DNA of 64,000 nt from Eledone cirrhosa (GCA_964016885.1 OZ024753.1:15686001-15750000); one strand, 5' to 3'. Numbered from the stretch's first letter, positions 25,501 to 38,705 are shown. The notes: generated by a model from the sequence alone, not told the origin. Program-made: numbers and translations.

Positions 25501-26780
25501 TGGTGGTGTAGTGGTGTGTTGGTGTTGGTGGTGTAGTGGTGTGTTGGTGTTGGTGGTGTAGTGGTGTGTGTGTGTGTTGGTGGTGTAGTGATGTGTTGGT
25601 GTTGGTGGTGTGTTGGTAGTGTAGTGGTGTGTAGGTGTTGGTGGTGTAGTGATGTGTTGGTGGTGTAGTGGTGTGGGGGGTGGTTGGAGGCGTAGTGGTG
25701 TTTTGGTGTTGGTGGTGTAGTGATGTGTGGGTGTGTTGGAGGTGTAGTGGTGTTTTGGTGTTGGTGGTGTAGTGGTGTGTGGGTGTGTTGCTGGTGTAGT
25801 GATGTGTGGGTGTTGCTGGTGTAGTGATGTGTGGGTGTGTTGGAGGTGTAGTGGTGTTTTGGTGTGTTGGAGGTGTAGTGGTGTTTTGGTGTTGGTGGTG
25901 TAGTGGTGTGTGGGTGTGTTGGTGGTGTAGTGGTGTGTGGGTGTGTTGGTGGTGTAGTGGTGTGTGGGTGTGTTGGAGGTGTAGTGGTGTTTTGGTGTTG
26001 GTGGTGTAGTGGTGTGTGGGTGTGTTGGAGGTGTAGTGGTGTTTTGGTGTTGGTGGTGTAGTGGTGTGTGGGTGTGTTGGAGGTGTAGTGGTGTTTTGGT
26101 GTTGGTGGTGTAGTGGTGTGTGGGTGTGTTGCAGGTGTAGTGGTGTTTTGGTTTTGGTGGTGTAGTGATGTGTGGGTGTGTTGGTGGTGTACTGGTGTGT
26201 GGGTGTGTTGGAGGTGTAGTGGTGTTTTGGTGTTGGTGGTGTAGTGGTGTAGTGGTGTGGGGGGGGTGTTGGAGGTGTAGTGGTGTGTGAGTGTGTTGGT
26301 GGTGTAGTGGTGTGTGAGTGTGTGTGTATGTTGGTGGGTGTTGGTGTGTTGGTGGATTAGTGTTGGTGTGTTGGCATATTAGTGTGTTAGTGTAGGTGTA
26401 TTAGTGTGCGTGTGTGTATGTTGGTGTGTTAGTGTGTGTGGGGGGGTTGTGTGTTAGTGTGTGTGGGGGGGTAGTGTGTTAGTGTGTGTTGGTGTTAGTG
26501 TGGGTGTGTGTGTGTGTGAGTTGGTGTGTTAATGTGTGTGTGTGTTGGTGTGTTAGTGTGGGTGTGTATGTGTATGTGTGGGTGTGTATGTGTGTGTGTG
26601 TGTGTGGGTGTGTTAGTCTGGATGTGTTTGTGTTATGTGTTTGTGTGGGTGCGTTAGTGTGGGTGTGTTAGTGTGGATGGACGTGTTAGTGTGGGTGTGT
26701 ATTGGTTTTTTATGTGTGTGTGTATGTGTGTGTGTGTGCGTGTGTGTTAATGTATTAGTATTGGTGTGTTGATGTGGGTT
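22565..26780. repeat. GT-rich complex satellite built on gtgttggtggtgtagtg(g/a)t units, grading into (TG)n
   Basis: Directly visible; about 4.2 kb with almost no C on the + strand. Confidence 0.95.
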
Positions 26781-27407
26781 TGTTATATTCATGATTTTAT
26801 TACTCTTCACAGAAGTGAAAGAATTGGTTAATTGAATCAGAAGCTGCTAATTTTTCCCCGATATTAATAATTTAAATGAAATTCCCTTCCTGCCTCAAAT
26901 CACAGTCACAAATGTCTTCTTGCTTTAACATGCACTGCCAAGAAGAATGACAAGGAAAGGAAATATTCTAATCGGAAATTAGTTTCATTAATAAAGCAAT
27001 TTTCCTGTGGAAGCTTTTGATGTGTTTTTCATGGCATAACATGATATATTTACACATCTGATTATCTAATTGTTTTTACTGATCATTCAACATGCTAAAG
27101 AACCAGAAACATCAGAATAGATTATGTGTGAAAACATTCAAATTTTTATCGGTTCAATAAAGTTTCTGTTGCTCTGCCTTATTACAAATTACTGCCCACT
27201 GATAAGTATAAACCAAAGAGAAGTATAATAAATCACTGTAGCAGGAACATCAACATCATCAGCACTATAATCATCATCATCATCACAAGATAAAATATGC
27301 TAGAAACCCATGTACTACAACTGAAGAGATAGAGACTATACAAAATATTAATAAAATATTTTTTGTTTGTTTAAACATTATGTTCTAAATAGACAAACAC
27401 AATCAGC

Positions 27408-28060
27408 AGAGAGAGAGGGGGTGAGAGGAGGGAGATGGGAGGTGAGAGAGAGAGAGGAGGGAGAGAGCGGGTGAGAGAGAGAGCGGGTGAGAGAGAGAGC
27501 GGGTGAGAGAGAGAGGAGGGAGAGGGGGGTTGAGAGGGGGGGAAGAGAGGGGTGAGAGAGGGGTTGAGAGAGGGGGAGGGTTGAGAGAGAGGGGTTGAGA
27601 GAGGGGGAGGGATGAGAGAGAGGGGTTGAGAGAGGGGGAGGGATGAGAGAGAGGGGTTGAGAGAGGGGGAGGGATGAGAGAGAGTGAGTGAGGGGAGAGA
27701 GTGAGTGAGGGGAGAGAGTGAGGGGGGAATAGAGTGAGAGGGGGGTGAGAGGAGGAGAGAGGGGAGGGGTGAGAGGGGGTGATAGGAGGAGAGAGGGGAG
27801 GAGTGAGAGGGGGGTGAGGAGTGAGAGGGGGAGAGGAGGAGAGGGGGAGGGTGAGAGGAGGAGGGGGAGGGTGAGAGGAGGAGAGAGAGAGGAGGGGGAA
27901 GAGAGGGTGAGAGGAGGAGAGAGAGGAGGAGAGGAGGAGGAGAGAGAGGAGGAGAGAGAGAGGAGGGGGAAGAGAGGAGGAGAGGAGGAAAGAGAGAGGG
28001 GGGAAGAGAGAGAGAGAGGGGGGAAGAGAGAGTGAGAGGAGGAAAGAGAGAGGGGGGAGA
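27408..28060. repeat. Polypurine (GA/GGA/GGGG) tract
   Basis: Directly visible. Confidence 0.92.
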
Positions 28061-28190
28061 AACCAGAGAAAAGAGAAAGCAGGCACTGTACAATAAAAGA
28101 AGAGTCTCCTGTGGCTAAAATCCTAAAAAATTAATATTAAAAAAATGTAGGCCAAGTCCACAGAAACACAAACGAAATACTGACAGTTCC

Positions 28191-28328
28191 CACACACATA
28201 TATTAGTATTTGTGTGTAGGGTCCCTACACACATATATTAATATATGTGTGTAGGGTCCCTACACACATATATTAATATTTGTGTGTAGGGTCCCCACAC
28301 ACATATATTAATATTTGTGTATAGGGTC
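28191..28328. repeat. 35-bp tandem repeat x4; each unit is an imperfect hairpin
   Basis: (c/t)acacacatatattaatatttgtgtgtagggtccc at 28191, 28226, 28261 and 28296. Confidence 0.9.
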
Positions 28329-28393
28329 GAGGTCATTCAACTGACATCGCTTAAAGAGGCTGTTTGCATAATTGCAAACAAATCGAATATTAT

Positions 28394-28580
28394 TGTGGAT
28401 TGGCAGTATAGGTAGAGAGTCGGACGCCATTCTTTCCAGCATAGTTACGTCCCTTTACAGTCTGAGTTCAAATCTCGCTGAGGTTAACTTTGCCTTTCAT
28501 CCTTACAGGGTCGATAAAATAAAGTACCAGTAATGCACTGGGATAATTGCTGGCCTTGTGCCAAATGTAGAAACAATTAT
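28394..28580 (+). mobile_element. SINE family B
   Basis: Consensus match. Confidence 0.85.
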
Positions 28581-28661
28581 TAATATTCGAAAAACTCAGA
28601 TTTACATTTATTGTATTCAGCCATGTAGAGTGATAACTTTCTGTTATATGAATATATATGT

Positions 28662-28895
28662 ATCATCATCATCATCATCATCGTTTAACGTCCATATTCC
28701 ACGCTTGCATGGGTTTGGACGGGGGTTTTCCCACTTGAGGCAAGAGTGGTTGTCTTGCTCGCATAGGACTGTCTGGCGGGTTTTCTACAGTTGGATGTCC
28801 TTCCTAACACCAACCACATTTACAGTGTGGAACTAGGAGGTTTTTACTGTGTTGCCTACACGGCCACATTACAGCGTGGACTGTGTGTTTTTTTG
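28662..28895 (-). mobile_element. RTE LINE 3' UTR fragment
   Basis: Reverse complement of 45-279 and 46255-46486. Confidence 0.85.
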
Positions 28896-29050
28896 TCATA
28901 TATATATATGCATATATATATAGTAATAATAATAAATTTGAAGACTAAATCCAAAGAGGGTTCGATAAGGATAAATATATATCAAATATATAAGAATCCT
29001 AGAGGGTGAAAGCAGCGATTCTTTGCTTAAACTTAAATCTGTTATTTTAA

Positions 29051-29115
<65 letters not shown>

Positions 29116-29177
29116 GTTTATCCCAAGTTCAATCGCGGGTAGATTAGTCCTGTAGAAGCCATTTCTATATTCATCAC

Positions 29178-29722
29178 TCATCATCACTTCATTTTACGTC
29201 CGCTTTTTCCCTGCTTGCAAGGGTGGGACGGGAACTGATTCTGGCTTGATTTCTACAGCTGGATGCCCTTCCTAACACCAACCTCATTTACAGTGAGTGC
29301 TGGGTGCTTTTTTGCCGTAGCACCGCCATGGCCACTTTGCAGTGTGGGCTGGGTGCTTTTTTGCCGTGGCACCTCCACGACCACTTTACAGTGTGGGCTG
29401 GGTGCTTTTTTGCCGTGGCACCTCCACGACCACTTTACAGTGTGGGCTAGGTGCTTTTTTCCCATGGCACTTCCACGACCACTTTACAGTGTGGGCTGGG
29501 TGCTTTTATGCCGTGGCACCTCCACGACCATTTTGCAGTGGAATGATAGTGGAAGGATAGGGACCCCCCGTCCTATCATCTCATTTCTACAGCTGAGTAA
29601 ACTGGAGCAATGTGAAATAAAGTGTCTTGCTCAAGGAAACAACACATCACCCGGTCTGAGAATTGAACTCACAACCTTTCGATTGCAAGGCCAATGCTCT
29701 AACCACTAAGCCATGTGCCTCC
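29178..29722 (-). mobile_element. SINE family A with an internal VNTR of about 50 bp (about 5 units)
   Basis: gggtgcttttttgccgtggcacctccacgaccactttacagtgtgggct repeated at 29300-29540. Confidence 0.9.
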
Positions 29723-29741
29723 ATATTATATATAAATATAT

Positions 29742-29941
29742 AGGAAAATTTTCAAGACACCGACGGCAGAGCTCAAGCCGTTTCGACGGCTATTTCTGGA
29801 TTCAGTCCACAAATAGCCGCTGAAACGGCTTGAGCTCTGCCATCGGGTTCTTGAACATTTTCATATTACCCACTCTACTACCCAAAGTATTGAGTACTCT
29901 GGTGCGTTATAGTCCAGCTGGTTCTTATCACACTCCCTTCA
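29742..29941 (+). mobile_element. Short fold-back element of the 6939 family, truncated before the CTGA core
   Basis: Inverted arms around ttcag at about 29800; GAAACGGCTTGAGCTCTGCC; tail hairpin 29872-29895; (TA)n flanks. Confidence 0.7.
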
Positions 29942-30074
29942 TTATATATATATATATATAGTAATAATAAACAGAAGATCAAAATCTGAAGAGGGCTCAA
30001 TAAAGATTGTATATATACATAAGTGTAGAACAAATATTTATTATTAATACTGATTAAAGTTACTTTAATCTGTA

Positions 30075-30143
<69 letters not shown>

Positions 30144-30460
30144 GAGTGATTTGAAGGAGATGTGGTTATTATTTCTTGCAACCCATTAAACCATGCAGTG
30201 GCTCATTCTTTGTTTCAAATGATCACCAAATGACTATTTTATCAACTTGAACAACAACATAGATCATCTCCACCACTCACTCATTTGAGTGATTGTGTAC
30301 TGGTTTATACAAGAGAGATTTAACTACTATTTCTAGTAGATCAATGACTATATGAAGGCTGCCTCCTTAGACTGAATGGATAAAAGGTAGAAGATCTCAT
30401 TTTGGCAGAATATTTTTTCAGTTTTAGCTTCAAGTTAACTGTGGTACAAATAGATATATA

Positions 30461-30651
30461 TAATTGTTTCTACTTTTTGGCACAAGGCCAGCAATTACCC
30501 AGTGCATTACTGGTACTTTATTTTATCGACCCCGTAAGGATGAAAGGCAAAGTTGACCTCAGCGGGATTTGAACGCAGAATGGCAAGGGCCATAACTCTA
30601 TGCGTCAAAGCATGGCGTCCGACCCTCTATCGATACTGTCAATCCACCGCC
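30461..30651 (-). mobile_element. SINE family B
   Basis: Consensus match. Confidence 0.88.
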
Positions 30652-30659
30652 ATTATATA

Positions 30660-31951
30660 CAGGGTGTGCACGATATTTGTTCGCAATTTTCAACTGCTAA
30701 TTTTATGCAATTTTTTTTTACTTCCATTGTCACTCTTGTCTTCATAAAAACAGTGACTATATTTCCATTATTTATTTTCATAATAATTGATTATGAATAA
30801 TTTTGAACCTCCAAATTTGTGGAAGAGACACGGAGTTCTTTTTGGAATCTGCGCCGGGAGGAAATTTCAGACTTTCTCAGTGTCAGCAGGAGAATGGTGG
30901 AAAAGGTCAGAAAGAAATTGGAAGATTCAGGATTCGACTACGAAGCAACATCAGAGAGGAAAACACATGATCGACGATCTGACGCCTTCAGAACAACCGA
31001 GTTCGTCGCTGAAGTTCAGGATATCATCAACAATGAACCTAGCAAGTCGATGCGTGCCATTGCAAGGAAGAAAAGCGTGGATGAAAAGTTCATTAGGCTG
31101 GTGGTACATGAAGACATTTGTTACGTTTCATACGAGATGAGGAAAGGACAATTTCTGTCAATGGCGATGCAAGAAAAGCGACTGAAGCACGCAAAGAAGC
31201 TGATCAACAAGTTCAAACACCCACTGGAGCGAGACATGTTGTGGTTTTTCTCTGACGAGAAAAACTTCTGCCAGGACCAGAAGATCAACTCCCAGAATAA
31301 CAGGTGGCTCGCTGTCTCATCCAAAGACATGCCCAGAGTCATGCAGACAAAATTTCCAGTGACAACATTGGTCTTAGGTGTTGTCAGCAGTCTAGGTGAC
31401 GTCATGCCACCTCACTTCTTCCCTGAGGGCCTCAAGCTGAACACCGATGGCTACATCCACGTTCTGAGCAGCGAAGTAGTAAAGCCCTGGATCGACCAGG
31501 TAGCTGCAGGTAGGCCATACATGTGGCAGCAAGACTCAGCACCCTGCCATACCAGCTGAAAGACTGGCTGTCAGAGAACTCTGTCGATCAGACTTCACCT
31601 GACATCTGGCCTCCCAGCTCACCTGACTGCAACCCCCTCGACTTCTTTGTGTGGGGCGCAGTGGATCGAGACACCAACAGATCTAGCTGCAATACGAAAG
31701 ACGATCTGAAGGCCAGGATCACAGGTGCCTTTAGGGCCTAAGTCGGGAGACAGTGATGAAGGCCTGTAGCCGGTTCCGAGGCTGCCTTGAGGCCGTCATC
31801 AAAGCCAATGGCGGGTTTATTGAGTGAGATCGAAAGAACATGTCATGAAGACAAACTGACCCAAGTTTGATAAATATATCTTAAAAAATAAAACTACTGT
31901 GTTATATTTTCCTAGACAGTAATCTTGCGAACAAATATCGTCTGCACCCTG
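30660..31951 (+). mobile_element. Full-length Tc1/mariner DNA transposon, DD37D (maT)-like
   Basis: TIRs CAGGGTG..ACGATATTTGTTCGCAA at both ends; TA target duplication; about 1.29 kb. Confidence 0.92.
30793..31827 (+). pseudogene. Frameshifted mariner-family transposase
   Basis: HTH region, FFSDEK, QQDSAPCHTS, WPPSSPDCNPLDF and C-terminal RFRGCLEAVIKANGGFIE*; frameshifts near 30865, 31555 and 31740. Confidence 0.9.
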
Positions 31952-31974
31952 TATATATAATCATTGTAAAGCTG

Positions 31975-32180
31975 TCATGTTGGAGTCATGGTAAAATGTA
32001 GCCAGTCCACACTGTAAATGGGGTTGGCATTAGGAAAGGCATGCATCTGTAGAAACCAAGTCAAAATCAGTTCTGTGTGAGCAAAAAAATGTCCTCCGAC
32101 ATAACTGTCTCAAAACAGGACAGCACGTCTGACCCATGCTAGTATGGAAAATGGACGTTAAACGATGATGATGATGATGA
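31975..32180 (+). mobile_element. Diverged RTE 3' UTR or SINE tail with (GAT)n
   Basis: cacactgtaaatggggttggcattaggaaaggcat...ggacgttaaacgatgatg. Confidence 0.7.
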
Positions 32181-33149
32181 TTTCAATGTTTGCTTAGTTT
32201 GTCAATGGAAAAGCTGAATCACTAAAGATAAGTAGACACAGAGATAAAGCTACTATTTAATCTATAATATAGTCATTAATTTTATGTTTATTAGCCACAT
32301 CTCATAAATTGACCATGAAATGACTTCATTACTGAGAGAGAGGGTTTATTTCTTGCTTCAGTAGAACTTTCTTACTTAACTCCTGTTTTCTATATCAAAT
32401 TATGTTCAGGAATAAAAGCTAATCTCAAAATATTTCTAAACAAAACCAATTGTCCCTGTAGAGCCATACGAATTATATTCAATATTTAATATTTAGCATC
32501 ATCAATTGATGTTTAATGTACTCCAGCATTAGTTTAACATCAATCTGAAGCAATATATTTCATATCTATTAAATAATTGCCACTGTCCTTTCACTCCCCT
32601 GGCACTAACACTACTATTAATTCAATCTCTCTTCTTTCTTTTAATGCATGCAATAACTATAATATTAATTAGAACTCTCTATTTTCTCTTTTTGCATGCA
32701 CTAACACAAATATTAATTGAATCTCGTTTAATGATCAAAATTTAATTATAAGCAAAGAGAAGTTTAAAATACTTAATTATTAATTGCTGTTTCTTAATAT
32801 TGCTGTTCCTATCAAATCTCAACAGCTGAAAAATGAAATTGTTTGATAATGTAAGCCAACGCATGACACTCTTCCTCTAGCAAATATGATTCATAGAGAC
32901 AAAACACTGCTTAAAGAAGTACAGAAAGACTCCAAAGCAACATTAACCTTTTTTATAGATTCCAACTCATCAGAAAATGGCCCTGGTTCTACAATACTAA
33001 ACTGTTTATTTTTAACAAGTAAGTTTGTAATTAGAAACAGCAGCTTTTGCCATATTTTTTGACTAAAGAAATTTTAGCCTGACAGTGGGGTTTAGAAACC
33101 TCTAAGAAATGGAAAAATATGAGTATTGGTGTATTTTAAAATGATTTTA

Positions 33150-33343
33150 CAGGGTAGCCACTGAAAAACTGCTATGGAAAGGGTCTGTATTTGTGAACAG
33201 GAAAATGGTGGTCATTTGAAGGATGTTTTTCACAAATAATACTGAAAAAAATTCATTACTTATATTTCCAAATAAAAAAAACCATGTGTTTGTAAAAGTT
33301 ATTTTTGTTTTTTATATCATTCAGTCTTTCAGTGGCCACTCTG
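33150..33343. mobile_element. Internally deleted mariner derivative (MITE)
   Basis: TIRs CAGGGTAGCCACTGAAAAACTG / CAGTCTTTCAGTGGCCACTCTG; TA flanks; internal CEQENGGHLKDV resembles a transposase C-terminus. Confidence 0.7.
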
Positions 33344-33627
33344 TAATGAAAGACAGATAAGTTTAAAAAAGCCGGTACAATGTGGTGATAGAAATATATA
33401 AAGAACGGAGGATGACAAATAAAACAAACTCATGTTTTACCCAGTATATTTCAACATGATATTTTAGGGATAATACCCTCTTTTTAAATGTTTATATATA
33501 TCTGAAAAACTTCCATCATAATTTTCATGCAAGAACCTTTGTCGAGTTATGTTCCAAATAGCAGTTTGAGAAAGTTAGTTATTGTATTATAGTCTGTGAA
33601 ATGGTGTTCATGTAAACAAAGAGTTAC

Positions 33628-33865
33628 ATAACAACAACACTGACAACAACTACAACGACACTGACAACAACTATGACCACAATAACAGCAATGACACTGA
33701 CAACACAAACAACAACAACAACACAAACAACAACTATAACCACAACAACTATGACTACAATTTCAACAACACTGACAACACAAATAACAGCAACAACACA
33801 AACAAGAACAACAACAACAACAAGGACTATGACAATGACAACACTAACAACAACAACAGAAACAT
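33628..33865. repeat. Degenerate (ACA)n tract
   Basis: Directly visible. Confidence 0.9.
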
Positions 33866-33959
33866 CAATGAAAGCAACGATAAAAAATAAATGAAATGAA
33901 AAATAAAGAAGATGGAACGAAATAACAAGAATTTAACAAAATAATAATTGATAAAGAAA

Positions 33960-34426
33960 TAATTGTTTCTACTTTTAGCACAAGGCCAGCAATTATCCCA
34001 GTGCATTACTGGTACTTTATTTTATTGACCCCATAAGGATGAAATTAATAAAGAAATAAGGGTTTCTGATTTAGTGTTAGAGTTAGGGAACACTACCCTT
34101 AGTTAGAGTTAGGGAACACTACCCTTAGTGGGATGTGAACTCAGAATGTAAAAAGGCTGCAACTATACGCTACTAAAGCATGTTGTCCAATACTCTACCA
34201 ATACTGCCAATCCACTGCCCTTAACCCTTTAACATTTACATTACTCTATATTTACGATTGTATTTGTGTGGTAAAGGCTCACATGATATCGAATCCACAA
34301 GATTTTTATATTATTTATTTTGAGAACAATACCTTAACGTCAGTATGAGTGGCTGGTTACAGCCAGTTTGAACAGAAAGTGGTGAGAGAATTCTGGCTGG
34401 ATATGGCCAGTTTAAATGCTAAAGGG
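33960..34426 (-). mobile_element. Interrupted SINE B (33960-34220) followed by a piggyBac-type MITE (34225-34426)
   Basis: SINE consensus halves; TTAA-CCCTTTAACATTTA...TAAATGCTAAAGGG-TTAA. Confidence 0.75.
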
Positions 34427-35486
34427 TTAAGGAAATGTAATAACGAAAAAGATGATAGAATAAAGTATCTGATACAAAGTCTCCAGCTTATCTACAAAAA
34501 GACAACATGAATAATTCAACTTGAATGTACCATATATACTCATATAAATATTGAAATTGTATGACTATATTTTGAAGTTAAAACCACGAGAGTTAGTTGA
34601 AAACTCATAGGCTAACTATGAAGGAGTGATGCTAGAGCTGTGAAATATTGCATGCATTAATTTCAACCCTTCTTATTAATAACTGTATGGTTTCTTTCCA
34701 GGGACTATGTTGAAAAATAAAACTCATTTGGTCATTCCATGAGAGTATCTTAGTCAGCTTATATACTTTCCAGTCAATCCTTGTATAGTGTAAGCTATGG
34801 GTTATTACTTTCAAAGGGCTGAAATTCACACTACAATCCAAATTACTGAATCAATAAACAAAAGCCTAAAATGACTTCAAATGTGAGACCTTGTTGGACT
34901 TCTATCAATTCTGACGACAAATGTTACAGTTGTTTGACCAACAGAACAGATTGCTGGTAAAATTTTAACCCTTTATGTGTAACTTTAACCTCTTCATGAC
35001 CATATTTCTGATGAAATGCACTCTATTTCAATTAATTAATGAAGAATTTTGAGAGATTTACTAAAATTATTAATTACTAAGATAGTAACTTAGCATACGG
35101 TTCTTATATAAAATTGTCGAAGATTAAAATTTAAATCGGTTTTAGAAACATTCAGCATAAGAGTGTAACAGTCAAGTACATCTCATTTTTCCAGCAAAAA
35201 AGTGAGATAACGTGTCTTGTTCAAGGACACAGCCTCATTACTAAAAATCAAATTTACAACCTTACAAGTTTAACCTAAATACTCTATCCACCAAGCCCCA
35301 TGCCATCACAGGCTGTAAGTAAAGCAACAGAAAACAATAGCTACCAGCCATAATACAATGTTTCTACACATCATAGTATACTTCTCTTACCATAACACAT
35401 AAACAAGTTTTCAAAGCTCTTATAAATATTTCCACTTGTACACACCAGGACATATATGTAATAAGTATATATTTCCCTATCACAGT

Positions 35487-35958
35487 AATAACTGTTTCTA
35501 CTTTAGGCACAAGGCCAGCAATTACCCAGTACATTACTGGTACTTTATTTTATCGACCCCGTAAGGATGAAAGGCAAAGTTAACCTCGGCGGGATTTGAA
35601 CTCAGACTGTAAAGGGCCGTAACTATGCTAGAAAGCATGGCGTCCAACCCTCTACTGATACTGCCAATTCAATAACTCTGATATTTCTACACATTAAAAC
35701 ATACTTCCTGCTACCAAAACATATAAATAAGGTTGTGTAGCTCTTATAAACATTTCCACTTGCATATATCAGAACATATGAGAACATATAATAATTATTT
35801 CTACTTTTGGCACAAGGCCAGCAATTATCCCAGTGTATTACTGGTACTTTATTTTATTGAGCCCGTAAGGATGAAAGGCAAAGTTAACCTTGGTGGGATT
35901 TGAACTCAGACCATAAAGGGCCGTAACTGGTCTGAGTTCAAATCCCACCGAGGTTAAC
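35487..35958 (-). mobile_element. Two SINE B copies (35487-35670 and 35790-35958); the second has a 5' fold-back
   Basis: Consensus matches; 35883-35913 is inverted at 35928-35958. Confidence 0.85.
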
Positions 35959-36218
35959 ATATAATAATGTAGAGAAATGTATTTCCTCATCATAAAATTC
36001 ATGTTCAGGATAATGCCTTGATTTACAAATGTTGATCTATTGTCCTTGAATAATTAAGGTTGACTTTTACGTTTAATATATGGAATAATCCAAATTTCTT
36101 GGTAAAATATATGGGCTGACTTTTATGTAGAATCAACTTATCACAAGTATATATGGTACTTCATTCCAGTGGTAATTTCAACAGACTTTTGACGCCTGTC
36201 TTTGTAGTTCTAAACCTA

Positions 36219-36571
36219 TGGTATTTCCCAGCATCGAAGACCCTACTTTTTTCATAAAATAAGTCTCAAAAATCTACCATGCGTTTTGGAGGCTGAAGTT
36301 TGTTTATTATTTTTTTTCAAATTGGTAGAGTGTCGGATGCCATGCTTTGACGCATAGAGTTACGGCCCTTGCCATTCTGAGTTCAAATCCCGCCGAGGTT
36401 AACTTTGCCTTTCATCCTTACGGGGTCGATAAAATAAAGTACCAGTAATACACTGGGTAATTTGCTGGCCTTGTGCCTAACGTAGAAACAATTTTTTTTT
36501 TTCAAATTCTTGGTTGTCAAAATTAGGGTGCATTCTTGAGGACGAAGCATCTTCGGTGCCGGGAAATACAG
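36219..36571. mobile_element. pogo-type MITE with a nested SINE B (36320-36493, +)
   Basis: Ends gtatttcccagcatcgaaga / tcttcggtgccgggaaatacag; same family as 60906-61061. Confidence 0.7.
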
Positions 36572-36659
36572 TACTTTTGTGCAGTAACTTTACATTTTGT
36601 GTCAAATACTAAATGATGGGTAAAAGACTTAACAACACTCATAAAATGTTACAAATAGA

Positions 36660-36832
36660 GACAGGCATTGTTGTGTGGTTAACGAGTTCACTTTGTAGCC
36701 ATGTAGTTATGGGTTCAATCCTGTTGCATGAAACCTTGAGCAAGCATCTTCTACTAGAGCCTCAGGATGACCAATGTCTTGGGAGTGGAATTTTAGAATT
36801 TGGGAGATGAAAATAGCAGAAGCCCATTGTAT
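36660..36832 (+). mobile_element. Old tRNA-derived SINE, third family (remnants also at about 12395-12460 and 40205-40320)
   Basis: A-box-like tgtgtggttaac, B box gggttcaatcc, ccttgagcaagcatcttctacta, ends gaagcccattgtata; resembles remembered octopus SINE consensus. Confidence 0.6.
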
Positions 36833-37064
36833 ATGCATGTATATATATATATGTATATATATATATATACAATATATTAATAAATGGAAACTATATTTAT
36901 AAAACCATATTTATATTATTATATATATTTCAAGGGCAACCAAGGCAAATTAATATATTGTGTATTTACTCCACTAACTTGTTGAGTGCTTTATATCAGT
37001 TATAAACAGTTTTAAGCTTGTTGAATCCCAACAAATTAAATATAATCTCTGCATATATATATAT

Positions 37065-38705
37065 GATATTGTTCGTTATTCAGGTATCACTTCTCTGTTT
37101 TTAGCCTAAGAAAATATCTATATGCGTGTGTAATTAATACACGCATACATTTATTTTTTTAAAATTAATTGAATTCTTAACACAAAGGATTGATAATGTT
37201 TTTTAAAAAACTAATTAACCCACGTGTATATTATTTTTCTTTTCTCGTGACTCGTGATTGTCTCCCTTTCCCGCTTCATGACGCTATGATACTTTCTCAG
37301 TCAAAGGACTGCTGGAATTTCAAATTTGGCGGTCATTCGATGCGTGAAGGGACAAATTAGCAGACACGAAAATTAACTGCGGTATGAAATTTTTCTTATA
37401 TCAAAGTTTAATGGGCTTCCACTGACGATTTATAAGTGCCCACCTAATTGTATTCTTACTTGAAAATATATTAGGCTTCTACATAAACTGGAAATATTCT
37501 CCCAACTTGTAGAATACTTATAATGAAACAATTGTTTGGAAAGAGAGATATATTTTAATTTTAATTATATCTCATATAAAATAATACAACTGGCTTTCCA
37601 CAAAATACATATAGTTGGCACCCCAGACACTAAATTGGGTTTATACTAACGTATAACCTAATGTTTGTTGAGTGAGATGGTTACCAGTCGGAGTTTAGCG
37701 TAAAACTTTCTCTGATATTGTATTAATATTTTACTCTTGATTTGGCCAGAGATTTTTATTTCCAGGTACCTTATACACATGACTTTCCGTATTTCTTACT
37801 GTTATGAGATATTGTTCATTTTTTGGTTATCACTTCTCTGTTTTTAGCCTAAGAAAATATCTATATGCATGTGTAAATAATTACATGCATACATTTATTT
37901 TTTTTAATTAATTGAGTTCTTAACACGCGGAATTGATGTTGGTTTTGAAATAACTAATTAACCCACGTGTATTAAATATTTTACTCTTAATTTGGCCAGA
38001 GATTTACATTCTCAAATGTCTTTTAAGGCGTAACTTTCCGTATTTGTTACAGTTGTGAGATATTGTTCGTTATTCAGGTATCACTTCTCTGTTTTTAGCC
38101 TAAGAAAATATCTATATGCATGTGTAATTAATACACGCATACATTTATTTTTTTTAAATTAATTGAGTTCTTAACACGAAGGATTGATAATGTTTTTGAA
38201 AAAACTAATTAACCCACGTGTATATTATTTTTCTTTTCTCGTGACTCGTGATTGCCTCCCTTTCCCGCTTCATGACGCTATGATACTTCCTCAGTCAAAG
38301 GACTGCTGGAATTTCAAATTTGGCGGTCATTAGCAGACACGAAAATTAACTGCGGTAAGAAATTTTTCTTATATCAAAGTTTAATGGGCTTCCACTGACG
38401 ATTTATAAGTGCCCACCTAATTGTATTCTTACATGAAAATATATTAGGCTTCTACATAAACTGGAAATATTCTCCCAACTTGTAGAATACTTATAATGAA
38501 ACAATTGTTTGGAAAGAGAAATATATTTTAATTTTAATTAGGAATCTCATATAAAATAATACAACTGGCTTTCCACAAAATACATATAGTTGGCACCCCA
38601 GACACTAAATTGGGTTTATACTAACGTATAACCTAATGTTTGTTGAGTGAGATGGTTACCAGTCGGAGTTTAGCGTAAAGCTTTCTCTGTTATTGTATTA
38701 ATATT
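37065..38705 (+). repeat. Tandem unit of about 994 bp present about 1.65 times, with internal sub-repeats, between (TA)n tracts
   Basis: 37065-37730 recurs at 38059-38705; the first 165 bp also recurs at 37808; contains CTGACGA..GAAAATATATTA. Confidence 0.85.

Noticed and set aside
32959-33018. Possible 60-nt host exon (ttttatag|...|gtaagt)
   Set aside because: The splice-like signals alone are common in AT-rich DNA; no recognisable protein and no partner exons.
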